This document shows, piece after piece, positions 1-14,517 of a stretch of 64,000 nt of DNA. The notes beneath the pieces are model-generated. The model saw only the letters and a program-made list of their open reading frames with translations. It had not been told where the DNA came from and ran no database searches. Within the stretch, counting starts at the first letter, position 1. Each line of letters opens with the position of its first letter. The DNA comes from an uncultured Actinomycetota bacterium (GTDB taxonomy: Bacteria; Actinomycetota; Actinomycetes; JAHEKZ01). The stretch is taken from NCBI GenBank assembly GCA_963743915.1, contig CAVURN010000003.1, positions 323,207-387,206 on the forward strand, in the 5' to 3' direction. Made by a program: the position numbers and the translations under genes.

Positions 1-462
1 GAGGATGCCGTTCCTGCCCAGGAGCATGCGCCAGGCGTAGATCCGCACCACGGGATTGAGCTCGTCGAGGACGACGAGCCCGAGCAGGAGTGGGATCTCA
101 AAGCGCCCTGCCTTGAACGCCATGATGTAGGCGAGGGGGACCCCCACGACCAGCTGGATCAACATCGCTGAGGTGGCGATGATCACCGTCGTCTTGGCGA
201 TCTCGAGATACACGGGGTCGGTGAGCAGAGACGTGTACGCCTCGATCGACCAGATCGACTCCGCACCGTTGATCCCCATCCCCACGCTGATGAGCGCGAG
301 CAGGGCCATGGGAACGACGAAGAGCGCCAGAAGCACGAGCAGCGGTACCGTCAGGTACGCCGCCGGCAGCCAGCCGGCACGGGTTCGTCTTTCGGCGTGG
401 TCGGTCCCCGCGATCGCGTCACTGACCAGATCGCTCGCCTGGGTGGCCGTGGTGAAGGTCAT
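1..462 (-). CDS. ABC transporter permease (PotB-like), N-terminal part only; the C-terminus runs off the window start
   Basis: My own reverse-strand translation from the ATG at 462-460 gives MTFTTATQASDLV...WLPAAYLTVPLLVLLALFVVPMALLALISVG...LAYIMAFKAGRFEIPLLLGLVVLDELNPVVRIYAWRMLLGRNGIL, with hydrophobic TM segments. The ATG overlaps the stop of the upstream permease (ATGA at 459-462). It is absent from the ORF track because it is open at the window edge. Confidence 0.8.
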   Translation of the reverse strand, partial: MTFTTATQASDLVSDAIAGTDHAERRTRAGWLPAAYLTVPLLVLLALFVVPMALLALISVGMGINGAESIWSIEAYTSLLTDPVYLEIAKTTVIIATSAMLIQLVVGVPLAYIMAFKAGRFEIPLLLGLVVLDELNPVVRIYAWRMLLGRNGIL

Positions 463-1304
463 CCTCGAGTCCCGGTGGTGACGAGGGAGGCCAGCTCGTC
501 ACCGCTGCCCCGGCGTCGAGAGACTCTCCGGATTCCCCACCACAACAGGTAGACGATGGCGACCTGGACCACCGAGATGAGCGTCGACATCGCGTTCACG
601 ATGGGCAGGTTGTTGGAGTTCCGCAGCACCGAGTACACCCAGACCGGGAAGGTCTGGTCGTAGCCTCCCGTGAAGAAGCTGATCTCGAAGTTGTTGAACG
701 ACCAGGCGAAGGCAAAGATGAACGACGCCGCCAGGGCCGGTGCCAGCTGTGGCAGCACGACACGCGTCATCATCTGCCACTGGGAGGCTCCCAGATCGAG
801 TGCGGCCTCCTCCTGTGACCGCTCGAACCTCACCAGCCTCGCGGCCACCAGGGCGGTGACCAAGGGGAAGGTCGTCATGATGTGCATGACGCCGATGGTC
901 TCCAGGCTCAGGTCGACATCGAGGGAGGCGAAGAGCAGCAGCCCCGCGATCCCTGTGACCAACCAGGGAACCACCAGTGGCGCGCCGACGAGTCCGGTTG
1001 TCGCCGACCGACCACGGAACCGGAACCGGGTGATCGCCCATGCAGTGCAGGTGCCGAGCACCACACAGACCGGTGCCACGACGCCGGCGAGCAGGAGCGA
1101 GTTGAGGAGCGCCTCGAGCGCCGCCGGATCGCTCAGAGCCGCCGAGTACCACTCGAGAGTGAACCCCTCGAACGGCAGGGCGATCACCGACGAGTCGTTG
1201 AACGAGAAGACGGCCAGCAGCAGTATGGGGCCCACGAGGACCACTCCCACGGCGAGCACCATGAGAGTCGCCAAGGAGTCCGACCACCACTGCTGGCGCG
1301 GCAT
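459..1304 (-). CDS. ABC transporter permease (PotC-like)
   Basis: 281-aa multi-TM ORF with an EAA-type loop (EEAALDLGASQWQMMTRVVLPQLAP). It abuts the binding-protein gene with no gap and overlaps the next permease. Confidence 0.9.
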   Translation of the reverse strand: MPRQQWWSDSLATLMVLAVGVVLVGPILLLAVFSFNDSSVIALPFEGFTLEWYSAALSDPAALEALLNSLLLAGVVAPVCVVLGTCTAWAITRFRFRGRSATTGLVGAPLVVPWLVTGIAGLLLFASLDVDLSLETIGVMHIMTTFPLVTALVAARLVRFERSQEEAALDLGASQWQMMTRVVLPQLAPALAASFIFAFAWSFNNFEISFFTGGYDQTFPVWVYSVLRNSNNLPIVNAMSTLISVVQVAIVYLLWWGIRRVSRRRGSGDELASLVTTGTRG

Positions 1305-2390
1305 CTAGCCCACCTGGATCTCTTGCCAGGCCGCGTCCCACTCCTCCTGGTAGGTGGGCTCGACCTCGGCGATCATCGACTCCAGCTGGCTCGGATCCGC
1401 CGCCTCCCGGTCCTCTTCGGGGATCAGTGGCATCGCCTCGGGGTTGACGATCGAGAAGCCCTGCGAGGCGATCACCGCCTGCATCTCCGGTGACAGGTAG
1501 TGGTTGATCAGGGCATATGCGGCTGAGACGTTCTCCGACTCCGAGCTGATCCCGAAGCCGCAGATCCACGACAAAGCTCCCTCTTCCGGAGCGATCCACT
1601 CCACGTCGACGCCTTCCTTCTGGAGCTTCGCCGTCGTTCCCAGGCCGCCGTCACTGAGGGTGATCTCTCCGGACTTGAAGAGGTTGATCGTGTCCGAGTC
1701 CGAGTCGGCGAAGGTACGGAACTGATCGCGGTTGTCGATCATGTAGTCCCGCACCTCTGCGATCTGGTCGGGATCCATGTGCATCGGGTCATCGATGCCC
1801 AGCGCCATCGCCGTGACCGCGAGCGGCGTGAGAGACCCCCCGCCGTCGAGCGCGACCTGGCCCTGCAGCGCGGGATCGTAGAGGTCGGTCCAGCTCGTCG
1901 GTGGCTCCGGGAAGGCACCGGTCTCGTAGATCAGACCGTGCGGACCGGCCGACAGGGGCACCATCCACGTGCTGCCGTCCGTCGTGACGCCATCGGCGTT
2001 CCTGAACGAGCCCAGCATGTTCTCCCACTCGGTGATCTTGCTGGTGTCGATCGGCGCCAGGAGGTCGGCACTCACCAGCGGGCTCGACTCATCGAGGCAG
2101 ACCTCGATCACGTCGGTGCCAAACCCACCTTTGATCTTGGCGGCCGCCTGCGCATTGCTGTTGAAAGTCGCCGTCTGGACCTCGACGCCCGGGTACGCGT
2201 CCTCGAAGGGATCGAGGATCGCGGGGTCGATCGAGTCGTCATAGGTGAAGGTGCGCACCGCTCCTGTGACCGGGTCATCGGCTGAGTCACTGACATCGCT
2301 CCCAGCGTCGGAGCCACAGGCGGCGACCGTCGTCGCCAACGCAACCCCGGTGCAGACAGCGAGAAGACGAACGCGGGCTGGAGATCTCAT
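1305..2390 (-). CDS. ABC transporter substrate-binding lipoprotein (PotD/PotF-type family 1 SBP)
   Basis: Lipobox LLAVCTGVALATTVAAC|GS followed by a soluble alpha/beta domain. The ATG at 2390 has an upstream GAAGGG and is preferred over the TTG at 2414 given by the ORF track. Confidence 0.85.
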   Translation of the reverse strand: MRSPARVRLLAVCTGVALATTVAACGSDAGSDVSDSADDPVTGAVRTFTYDDSIDPAILDPFEDAYPGVEVQTATFNSNAQAAAKIKGGFGTDVIEVCLDESSPLVSADLLAPIDTSKITEWENMLGSFRNADGVTTDGSTWMVPLSAGPHGLIYETGAFPEPPTSWTDLYDPALQGQVALDGGGSLTPLAVTAMALGIDDPMHMDPDQIAEVRDYMIDNRDQFRTFADSDSDTINLFKSGEITLSDGGLGTTAKLQKEGVDVEWIAPEEGALSWICGFGISSESENVSAAYALINHYLSPEMQAVIASQGFSIVNPEAMPLIPEEDREAADPSQLESMIAEVEPTYQEEWDAAWQEIQVG

Positions 2391-2433
2391 GGGGAACCCT
2401 TCGACGTGGACCAACGGGAGCGGGGGAGGAGAG

Positions 2434-3582
2434 TCATGGGGCTTCGCCGATCACGTGAGCGCCCTCGGGCTGCCACGTGACGAACACCTGCTGCCCCGGG
2501 GCGACGCCTCGGACTGACGGCGAGTCACTCAGAGCGTGGACCGCGAGGACGGAGCCGATGCTCAGACCGACGGTGACCTGGGTGAGGGAGCCGAGATAGG
2601 TCAGTTCGACGACGGAACCACGTACCCAGCTCACGCGGGGGTCCGGCTCAGGGTCTCCTTCGGATCGCAGCGAGATACGTTCGGGTCGTACCGTGATCTG
2701 CAGTGCCGACCTATCGAGGGTCTCACCGATCCCAGAGGGGGCGGTAGCCGTCAGTCGCTGTCCCTCACCGATCCGCGTGGTGAAGACGCCGTCGTGGTAC
2801 TGCGGATCAGCCATGACCATCAGGTTCGAGGTTCCGATGAAGTCGGCGACAAAGGCCGACGTCGGACGCTCGTACAGGGCACGTGGTTCAGCGAGCTGTT
2901 CGACCCGGCCGTCCTGCATGACCGCTATCCGGTCAGACATCGTCAACGCCTCCTCCTGGTCGTGCGTGACGTAGAGGAAGGTCGTGGCGGTCTGCTGATG
3001 GATGCGTCGGAGCTCGGTCTGCATCTGCTTCCGGAGCTGAAGGTCCAGCGCTCCGAGCGGTTCGTCCAGCAGCAGAGCGCGTGGCCGGTTCACCAGCGCC
3101 CGTGCAAGTGCGACTCTCTGACGTTGCCCGCCTGACAGCTGGGCCGGGCGTCGTTCATCCATGCCTTCGAGCCTCATGGTCCTCAGGGCATCAGTGATCC
3201 GGTCGGTCTGCTCGTGACGACTGAGGTGCTTGATGCGGAGACCGAAGGCGATGTTCTCGGCGACGGTGAGGTGAGGGAACAACGCGTAGTCCTGGAAGAC
3301 CATGTTGAGCGGCCGCTTCGCGGGACGCCTCGGTGTGAGATCGTCGCCGCCGACCAGGATGCGGCCGGCGCTCGGCTGCTCGAAGCCTGCCACGAGGCGC
3401 AGCGTCGTGGTCTTGCCGCACCCGCTGGGTCCGAGAAGCGAGAAGAACTCACCGGCGCCGATCGTCAGATCGACGTCGTCGACAGCCGTGACTGCACCGA
3501 ACCTCTTGGTCACGTGCTCGATCCGCAGCTCTCCCCCTGTCGCGTGTGGTGCGCGCGACGACTCGACCGATGCCTGAGTCAT
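2434..3582 (-). CDS. ABC transporter ATP-binding protein (PotA-like, with C-terminal TOBE-type domain)
   Basis: Walker A GPSGCGKTT, signature LSGGQRQRVALARAL and Walker B LLLDEPLGALD. The start overlaps the stop of the upstream gene (ATGA at 3579-3582). Confidence 0.95.
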   Translation of the reverse strand: MTQASVESSRAPHATGGELRIEHVTKRFGAVTAVDDVDLTIGAGEFFSLLGPSGCGKTTTLRLVAGFEQPSAGRILVGGDDLTPRRPAKRPLNMVFQDYALFPHLTVAENIAFGLRIKHLSRHEQTDRITDALRTMRLEGMDERRPAQLSGGQRQRVALARALVNRPRALLLDEPLGALDLQLRKQMQTELRRIHQQTATTFLYVTHDQEEALTMSDRIAVMQDGRVEQLAEPRALYERPTSAFVADFIGTSNLMVMADPQYHDGVFTTRIGEGQRLTATAPSGIGETLDRSALQITVRPERISLRSEGDPEPDPRVSWVRGSVVELTYLGSLTQVTVGLSIGSVLAVHALSDSPSVRGVAPGQQVFVTWQPEGAHVIGEAP

Positions 3583-5014
3583 GCCTCCACCTCCGGGGTC
3601 GTGAGCACGACGAACAGGTCGTTGACGTTGGTCCCCGTGTGCCCCAAGCGCACTGCCAGCCCGAGCTGCTCACAGGCAGAAGTCGACGAGTGCTGCAGCC
3701 TCGCCAGCTGAAGGTCGACGCCGCGCTGCTGGGCTCGGCGCCAGGTCTCACCGTCCACCAAGGCACCCGCGTACGGTGTGCCGCCGTCCGAGCCGTCGGT
3801 GTCCAAGAAGATCGCCGCCGAAGCATGCCCAGCGAGCGTCTGCGCGGCACGGAGCGCCGCGTGCTGATTCGGCCCGCCCTGGCCGAACGCTGCGCCGGAA
3901 GCGAGCGTGACCACAGACTCACCCCCGCACCCGAGCAGCATGACCGGTTCCCCGCCGGCCTCCGCCTCGTCAATCGCTCGCTGAGCCAGGTACTCGCCGA
4001 CCTCGTCGGCGTCTCCCTCGATCTCCCGCTCGACCAGCACCGACTGATAGCCCAGGGCAGTAGCCGCCCGTTGCATGGCCTTCGCGGTGCGGGCACCGTC
4101 CGCGAGCATCACCGTCTGTGGCTCGACGACCAGCTCTGGCGTCGGCAGATTGCGTTCCAGGTGGGCCCGCACACTGTCGGGGACCAGGTTCCACAGCTCG
4201 GCCTGCTGCAGGACGGCGCGCGCCTGGGCTGCGTCAGAGGTGTCCTGCACAGTCGGATCGGTGATGGCGTCGAGCGGACTACCCGCCACGTCGGACACCG
4301 TCAGGTTGATGATCCGCGCAGGGAGGGCGGCGAGGGCTACTCGACCCCCCTTGACCGCCGACACCTGTTTGCGCACCACGTTGATGTCCGTGATTGCCAG
4401 ACCACTGGCCAGCAGCTGCTCATGCAGGGTGCGTTTGTCGTGTGCGCCAACTCCTTCGACCGGCAGGCTCGACAGCGCCGAGCTGCCGCCGGTGAAGCAG
4501 GTGATCACGACGTCGTCCGGCCCTGCGTCGGCCGCACAGGTCAAGATCTGCTGCGCGGCCCGAACGCTCCGCTCGGTCGGAAGGGGATGGTCGGCGCACA
4601 TGACCTGGATACCCACGAGCGCGGGCGCGTCCGGGTCGCGTACCGCGACCACGCCGCCGGCCAGTCTCGACTGCAGGATCTCCTGGAGCGCAGCAGCGAT
4701 GGGATAGCTCGCCTTTCCCGCACCCAGGACCAGGACCCGACCGACACCGTTCATCTCGTAGCGCCGGCCGTCGACGATCAACACGTCTGTGGCGGGGTCG
4801 TACGACACGCATCGGTGAGTGGCGGCGCCTGGATCGGCCGCGGCCAGACCGGCCATTGCGACCTCGAGCACCGCACCCCGATAGCCGGTGTAGCGGCCCG
4901 TCAAGAGCTGCGGCGACTCGGTGAGCACCTTGGACAGCAGCTGAGCGCCCGTCCGCGACCGCATGGAGGAACCGGTGACTTGGTCACCGGTCTCCGACTG
5001 CAGGCGTGGAGTGG

Positions 5015-5018
<4 letters not shown>
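3579..5018 (-). CDS. Glycerate 2-kinase / hydroxypyruvate reductase family protein (MOFRL, DUF4147)
   Basis: Motifs VLVLGAGKASYPIAAAL, VITCFTGGSSAL, INVVRKQVSAVKGG and MLLGCGGESVVTL are typical of MOFRL glycerate kinases. The 675-aa track ORF is an over-extension. The GTG at 5018 overlaps the enolase stop (GTGA); an alternative ATG lies at 4964. Confidence 0.8.
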
Positions 5019-6999
<1,981 letters not shown>

Positions 7000-7003
<4 letters not shown>

Positions 7004-8532
7004 AGACCGAGCGAGCTCCAGTCACCCGTGATCGCGCATGTGATCCCGGGCACCTGGATGTTGACGAACAACCACTGCCCATCGGGCGAGAAGCAGGCGC
7101 CCGCGAACTCCGAGAAGCCGATGCCGTCGCCGGCTGACTTGCCGTCGTCGGGCACGGTCGGGTCGTAGAGCTTGCCCGAGGCTTCGAGGTAGTGCTGCTG
7201 CACGCCTACGAGGTTCTCGGCGATCGTGACCATGGTTCCGTTCGGCCGAAGCCCGAGAACGCGGTTGCTCTTGAGGTTGCCGTCCTCGCAGATCACGATC
7301 CCGCCGCCTGGACTCGTGCACATGTTGTCGGGGCCGTCCAGCTCGGCGCGGGACGTCGACTCGAAGAGAAGCACAAGCTCACCTCGCTCGTTCAACTCAC
7401 CGATGTTGGCCGTCGGCGTGTACTGCCACACCTGGCCGAGGCCGGCGTCTCCACCTTCGGAGGATCCGAAGACCGCCGCACCGTCCCGGAAAGTGCATCC
7501 CTCTCCACCGAGGAACTTGGCAGCCCCCTTGGCGCGTCCCTGCTTGAACACGGCCGAGGCATCGTCTTCGGCATCCTTGGGGTTGGGGTCGTCGATGGTG
7601 ACCCAGTTGCACTCCAGGACCTCTCCCACCGTCTGGCCCACGATGGTGTTGTACTTCGGCTGACCCTTGACGCGCAGCATCTGCAGCGTCCCCTCGCGAA
7701 GGTTCGGGCGCTCTCCCTCGGTGTAGCTCGCCGGAAGGTACCGGTAGAACCCGTCAGGCCCTTCGTCCTCGGTGAGGTAGATGACTCCGGTCGCCGGGTC
7801 GACGGCGCCGGCCTCGTGGAGCATGCGCCCCATGGCTCGGTAGGGACGGGTGAACTTCGCGGCGTCCTTGGCCGGGTCGACCTCGAACACGTACCCATGG
7901 GACCTCTTGCGCCCGGAGCTCACCCCAGCGACCGTCTCCTCACAGGTGAGCCAGGTGCCCCAGGGAGTCGGAGCGCCTGCGCAGTTGGTGTCGGTGCCGT
8001 TGAGGCTGATCCACGAGCCGAGGTACTCGGCGTTGGAGGCGTCGAGCTCGAGGGTCACGGTGCCGCCCGGTGCCTTCCGGTCCCATGCGGTGCTGGGATC
8101 CCCGATGACGGTGCCGGCCGGGATGTCGTTGCCCTCCCCGAGCTCGTGGTTGCGCACCAGACGCCACGTGCCGTCCTCCATGTCGAAGCAGGCCATGCCG
8201 TCGTGGATGGGCGGGGTGATGTAGCCGTCGCTCATCGCAGACCCGAAGGCGCCGAAGGTGTGGTAACTGAACCCGGGAGGGAGGGCGAGCTCGCTGCCGG
8301 TTGCCGACAGCGAGGCGGTGGTGGGCCGGACGGTCCGCAGGCTGCCCTGGAGCATGGCGGCCCCGGCCGCGGGGTTGTGCGCCATGACGCCGGCGCTGGC
8401 GACGGCGGTCCCGAGCAGGCCGAGTCGGAGGAAGTGGCGGCGGTCAACCGAGCCGCGACGTCCCCTGCCGTCGGCGCGCGGATCGGAGCTGTCGGATGGG
8501 GTGCTGGACGAGTGGGGGGAGCTCATGGTCAC
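7000..8532 (-). CDS. Tat-exported PhoX/DUF839-family protein (putative secreted phosphatase)
   Basis: Twin-arginine signal (VDRRHFLRLGLLGTAVASAG) and DUF839-type motifs NCAGAPTPWGTWLTCEE and PDGFYRYLP. The beta-propeller-like repeats end in FSPDGQWLFVNIQ. Confidence 0.8.
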
Positions 8533-8545
8533 CTCTTAGGGTGTG

Positions 8546-8578
8546 ACACACCGACTGGTGTGTTCGATTGTCAACAAT
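8546..8578. promoter_or_regulatory. Two inverted repeats upstream of the PhoX-like operon (candidate GntR operator sites)
   Basis: ACACACC-GACT-GGTGTGT lies at 8546-8563 and ATTGT-CA-ACAAT at 8567-8578, 14-46 bp upstream of the first start codon of the operon (8532). Confidence 0.35.
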
Positions 8579-8630
8579 CCGGCACTCTAGGTGAGACTGC
8601 TCCGCCTGACAAGGTCCAAGGGGTGAGACC

Positions 8631-9161
8631 GTGATCAGCACTCGGCCCGCCCCCGCGCGGGTGCTCTGCCTGTCCTGTCCGACTGAGGACCTCGCGGCGC
8701 TGCCTGCCGTGCTGCGACACTTCGGTCGGGCGCTGGTGCCGGCCGGGGGTGCCGGCGACCTTGCCCAGGCGGCGGGCGTCGACGAGCTCTACCTTGTAGA
8801 GGTCGCCGCAGACGGGCCCCTAGCGGCGGTCACCTGGCGGGCGCGGCTCGCCCTGAGCACCCCGTTGACCGACCCCGATCCTGGTCTGCTGCTCCCTGCG
8901 TCATGGCACGCCCGTCACCCCCTCGCGTACCGCGCTGCCCGCACCCCCCACCTACCTGCCCACCCCGAGGCCGACGGGCGGGACGACGACTGGGACGACG
9001 AGGACGAGTCACCCCCTGGTCAGGTCTTCGTTCCGATCATGGCTCTCGACCCGGTGACACGGGCGGAGTGGGTGTTCACCAACGAACTCGTCCCCAAGCA
9101 GCAACGGCGCGGACGGCGTTTTGCTCCCCGCGTCCCGACGCTTGTCCACCTGCCTGACTGA
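8631..9161 (+). CDS. Hypothetical protein (176 aa, acidic DDDWDDEDE patch)
   Basis: ORF with a GTG start, GC-rich third codon positions, and no competing conserved ORF on the other strand. I recognise no family. Confidence 0.5.
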   Translation: MISTRPAPARVLCLSCPTEDLAALPAVLRHFGRALVPAGGAGDLAQAAGVDELYLVEVAADGPLAAVTWRARLALSTPLTDPDPGLLLPASWHARHPLAYRAARTPHLPAHPEADGRDDDWDDEDESPPGQVFVPIMALDPVTRAEWVFTNELVPKQQRRGRRFAPRVPTLVHLPD

Positions 9162-9204
9162 ACCCGGCATCACGGTGTCGCAGGCACGCCCACTGCGTCG
9201 CCGA

Positions 9205-9711
9205 TCAGCCGCGGGCGATCCAGTGGGTGGGACCCGCGACGTCGACGTCGGCGTGGCCCAGGGCCTCGGTCAGCAGCCAGGGAGCGCGGACCGCGCCGTA
9301 GTTGCCTCGCCACAGGCAGGTGGAGGGGACCGTGACGGTGGCGGTCGTCGCCACCCAGGTGCTGGTGAGACCGGCGCAGCGGACGCGACCGCCGGCGTCG
9401 AGCAGGAAGTCGCGGTCCGCACCGTCGACCTCGTGGCGCACAGCGACACGCAACAATCCTCGATCGCGGGCCTTCAGGCCCATCACGGCGTACCCGTTGC
9501 GGTCAGCGCGAAAGTTCATGGTCACCGTGACGGCGTAGTCGCCGTTGTCCACGGTGGCCCCGACGATGTCGAGGCCGGGTCGCGACTGGTCGTTCGCCAC
9601 GTCGGTCAGCGTCTCCTCCGCCGCCTGCGCGGCCGGCGCGAGGCCAAGAGTCAGGCCGACGCTCAACGCGCCGGCGACGGACAGGGACAGGATGCGGGCT
9701 GGTGTTGTCAT
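9205..9711 (-). CDS. Secreted hypothetical protein (168 aa)
   Basis: Sec signal MTTPARILSLSVAGALSVGLTLGLAPAAQA|AEE starting at the ATG at 9711. The track ORF (to 10035) is an upstream over-extension. The mature part is beta-rich with two Cys. Confidence 0.6.
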   Translation of the reverse strand: MTTPARILSLSVAGALSVGLTLGLAPAAQAAEETLTDVANDQSRPGLDIVGATVDNGDYAVTVTMNFRADRNGYAVMGLKARDRGLLRVAVRHEVDGADRDFLLDAGGRVRCAGLTSTWVATTATVTVPSTCLWRGNYGAVRAPWLLTEALGHADVDVAGPTHWIARG

Positions 9712-9922
9712 GGCGAGGCACCGTACGCACTCGGCGAGATGCGCGCGTCGCTCATCCACAACCCACGCGGAATAGCGACAGGGAGCCGGTGTGTTGAGCG
9801 GCGCATGACAGCGCGCCAGATCTTCACCCGCGGGGTGGGCGGGTCGCGACGCGTGTCGCTCCGATGTCGCTGCGGCTGAGGTTCCGCACTCCACGACCAC
9901 CACCATCACACCGGAGCACGTC

Positions 9923-10813
9923 ATGTCGACTCGTCTTGTCACGCCCATCACCACACCCGCCGTCACCACGCCCTCACGCGCGTCGTCGTGGGTGGCCGAA
10001 CACCCCTTGCTCGCGTTCTTCGCGTGGTTCTTCACCGTCGGTCAGCTGATCGCCTTCCTCCCGGTCATCGTGGAGGCGCAGGGGTTCGAGCTGCCGCGCC
10101 AGCCGTTCATCGTCGCCAGCACCCTGGTGGGGCTGCTGCTGCCTGCGGTCGTCATCACCACGCTGACCGAGGGTCGCGCTGCCTCTCGCCGCCTGCTGCG
10201 CAGCGCGGTGGCCTGGCGGCTGCCCGTCCGTTGGTACCTGCTGGCCCTGGGCGTCGTGCCGGCCACGTCGCTGCTCATCACCTGGTCCCTCCTGGGTTCG
10301 CCCAGCGATCTGGGCTTCGGCAGCGTCGCCAGTGCCCTCGTCGCCGGCTTGATGGTGCAGCTGGTGCTGACCTCGGTGCCCAACAACATCGCCGAGGAGG
10401 TCGCGTGGAGCGGGTTCGTGCAGTCACGGCTGCAGCGCACGCACCGACCGGCGGTCGCCGCGCTGATCACTGCGCCGCTCTTCGCGCTGCAGCACGTCTC
10501 TCTGGCCGTCGGCGCCTCGGTCGGCGAGGCGGTGGTGCTGCTGGTCCTGCTGGCGGTGCTCTCCGTGCCCTTCCGGTTCCTGACCGGCTGGACCTACAAC
10601 CGAACCGCCAGCCTGCTGCTCGTGGGCCTGCTGCATGGCGCCGGGAATGCCGTCGCCGGAGGGAGCGGGTTCGGTGAGGGTGCGCTTGCCCGGCTCTACC
10701 CGGACAGCGCAGTAGCGCTCATGGCGCACCTGCTGGCGTTCTTCGTGCTCGGCCTGGTGGTGCTCATCGCCAGCCGCGGACACCTGGGTGTCACGACCGA
10801 CCCACGGTCTTAG
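9923..10813 (+). CDS. CPBP-family intramembrane glutamic endopeptidase (CAAX protease-like)
   Basis: Polytopic membrane protein with the three CPBP motifs: EEVAWSGF, FALQH and HGAGN. Confidence 0.8.
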   Translation: MSTRLVTPITTPAVTTPSRASSWVAEHPLLAFFAWFFTVGQLIAFLPVIVEAQGFELPRQPFIVASTLVGLLLPAVVITTLTEGRAASRRLLRSAVAWRLPVRWYLLALGVVPATSLLITWSLLGSPSDLGFGSVASALVAGLMVQLVLTSVPNNIAEEVAWSGFVQSRLQRTHRPAVAALITAPLFALQHVSLAVGASVGEAVVLLVLLAVLSVPFRFLTGWTYNRTASLLLVGLLHGAGNAVAGGSGFGEGALARLYPDSAVALMAHLLAFFVLGLVVLIASRGHLGVTTDPRS

Positions 10814-10838
10814 CCGCGCCGGATGAGGTTCGGTTGGG

Positions 10839-10911
10839 TGGAGACGAGGGGAATCGAACCCCTAACCCCCGCCTTGCAAAGGCGGTGCTCTGCCAATTGA
10901 GCTACGTCCCC
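10839..10911 (-). tRNA. tRNA-Ala (anticodon UGC)
   Basis: Hand-folded cloverleaf: acceptor GGGGACG/CGTCTCC with the G3:U70 alanine identity pair, anticodon arm CCGCC-TTTGCAA-GGCGG, T-arm AGGGG-TTCGATT-CCCCT. CCA is not encoded. Confidence 0.9.
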
Positions 10912-10939
10912 GCGGGGTCTGGCGATCGGAGCGGGGTGG

Positions 10940-11083
10940 TCAGCGGAGGTCGACGACGGGGGCGTCGGCGTCGCTGACCGCCTCGTTCCAGAGGTCCTGC
11001 TCCGCCTTGTCGTTGGACACCTTGCGCCAGATGGCGAAGGCGCCAGCGGCGGCTGCGGCCAGGACGAGCAGCTTCTTCACCAT
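10940..11083 (-). CDS. DLW-39 family small membrane protein (47 aa)
   Basis: My own translation: MVKKLLVLAAAAAGAFAIWRKVSNDKAEQDLWNEAVSDADAPVVDLR. It has a single TM helix and the DLW motif, and sits between the two tRNAs as in other actinobacteria. It is below the ORF-track length cutoff. Confidence 0.7.
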   Translation of the reverse strand: MVKKLLVLAAAAAGAFAIWRKVSNDKAEQDLWNEAVSDADAPVVDLR

Positions 11084-11112
11084 GACGCCTCCAGCTTCCG
11101 GGGATGGACCAG

Positions 11113-11187
11113 TGGGCCTAGATGGACTTGAACCATCGACCTCTTCCTTATCAGGGAAGCGCTCTAACCGAGCTGAGCTATAGGCCC
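11113..11187 (-). tRNA. tRNA-Ile (anticodon GAU)
   Basis: Hand-folded: acceptor GGGCCTA/TAGGCCC, D-arm GCTC...GAGC, anticodon arm CTTCC-CTGATAA-GGAAG, T-arm GATGG-TTCAAGT-CCATC. Confidence 0.9.
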
Positions 11188-11325
11188 GTGCCGAACGAGA
11201 AGGCTACCGGACGCCAGGGGGCCACCCAAACCGGCCCGAGCCCCGCCCCACGCGGCCGAAAGCAACGCCAGGGCGCCACGATGCCCCGTCCTGCGGCGTG
11301 ACCGTGGCGGTCTGCCGTAGAAATC

Positions 11326-11942
11326 TCAGGCTTCCTCGGTCGCCGAGACCTCCAGGCCACCCACCATGCTCGCAGCGAGGTTGAACAGGAAGGCCCCGAT
11401 GGTGGCCAGCGCGGTGATCAGCACCACGTCGATCGCCCCGATGAGCAACGCGACCGACAGCACCTTGCCGAAGCTGAAGTACTGCGTGAGAGTCAGCGCC
11501 CCGTCACCCAGGACCGACTCGAGGCTGTCGTCGACCGAGGTGAACACGCCACCGGCCGACAGCATGACCCACAGCAGCATCAGCGCGACCACGGTGATGA
11601 TCGCCGACGCGACCGACAGCAGGAACGACAGGCGCAGCACCGTCCACGGATCGATGCGGGTCACCGTCAGGTGGACGCGGCGCTGCCGAGGCAGGGCGAC
11701 GCCACCAGACGGTGCCGGAGTGATCACGGCACCGGGTGGACTGGCGGTCACCGGTCGAGGCGGCGCCGCGGCCCGCTGGAGGGGCGCCTCCGTGTCCTTG
11801 GACGCCTCCGTGCCCTTGGACGGAGCGGCTACCGGCTGCGTGGGCGCCGTCTCGGACTTGGTCGACGGGGTCTCGCCCTTGACCGGGGTCGACGCGCCCT
11901 TGGTGGACGCCTCGCCGCTGGGGCGGCCGCCGCTGGTCGTGG

Positions 11943-11946
<4 letters not shown>
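11326..11946 (-). CDS. DUF3566-domain membrane protein (conserved gene downstream of gyrA)
   Basis: Pro/Thr/Ala-rich N-terminus followed by [25 protein letters not shown]... with TM helices. The GTG start overlaps the gyrA stop (GTGA at 11943-11946). Its position matches the actinobacterial origin synteny. Confidence 0.8.
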
Positions 11947-14466
<2,520 letters not shown>

Positions 14467-14517
14467 CTGGTGTCCTTCGTCGGGGCGTGGTGGAGGAAGC
14501 GGGGGGCTGGGGGAGCA

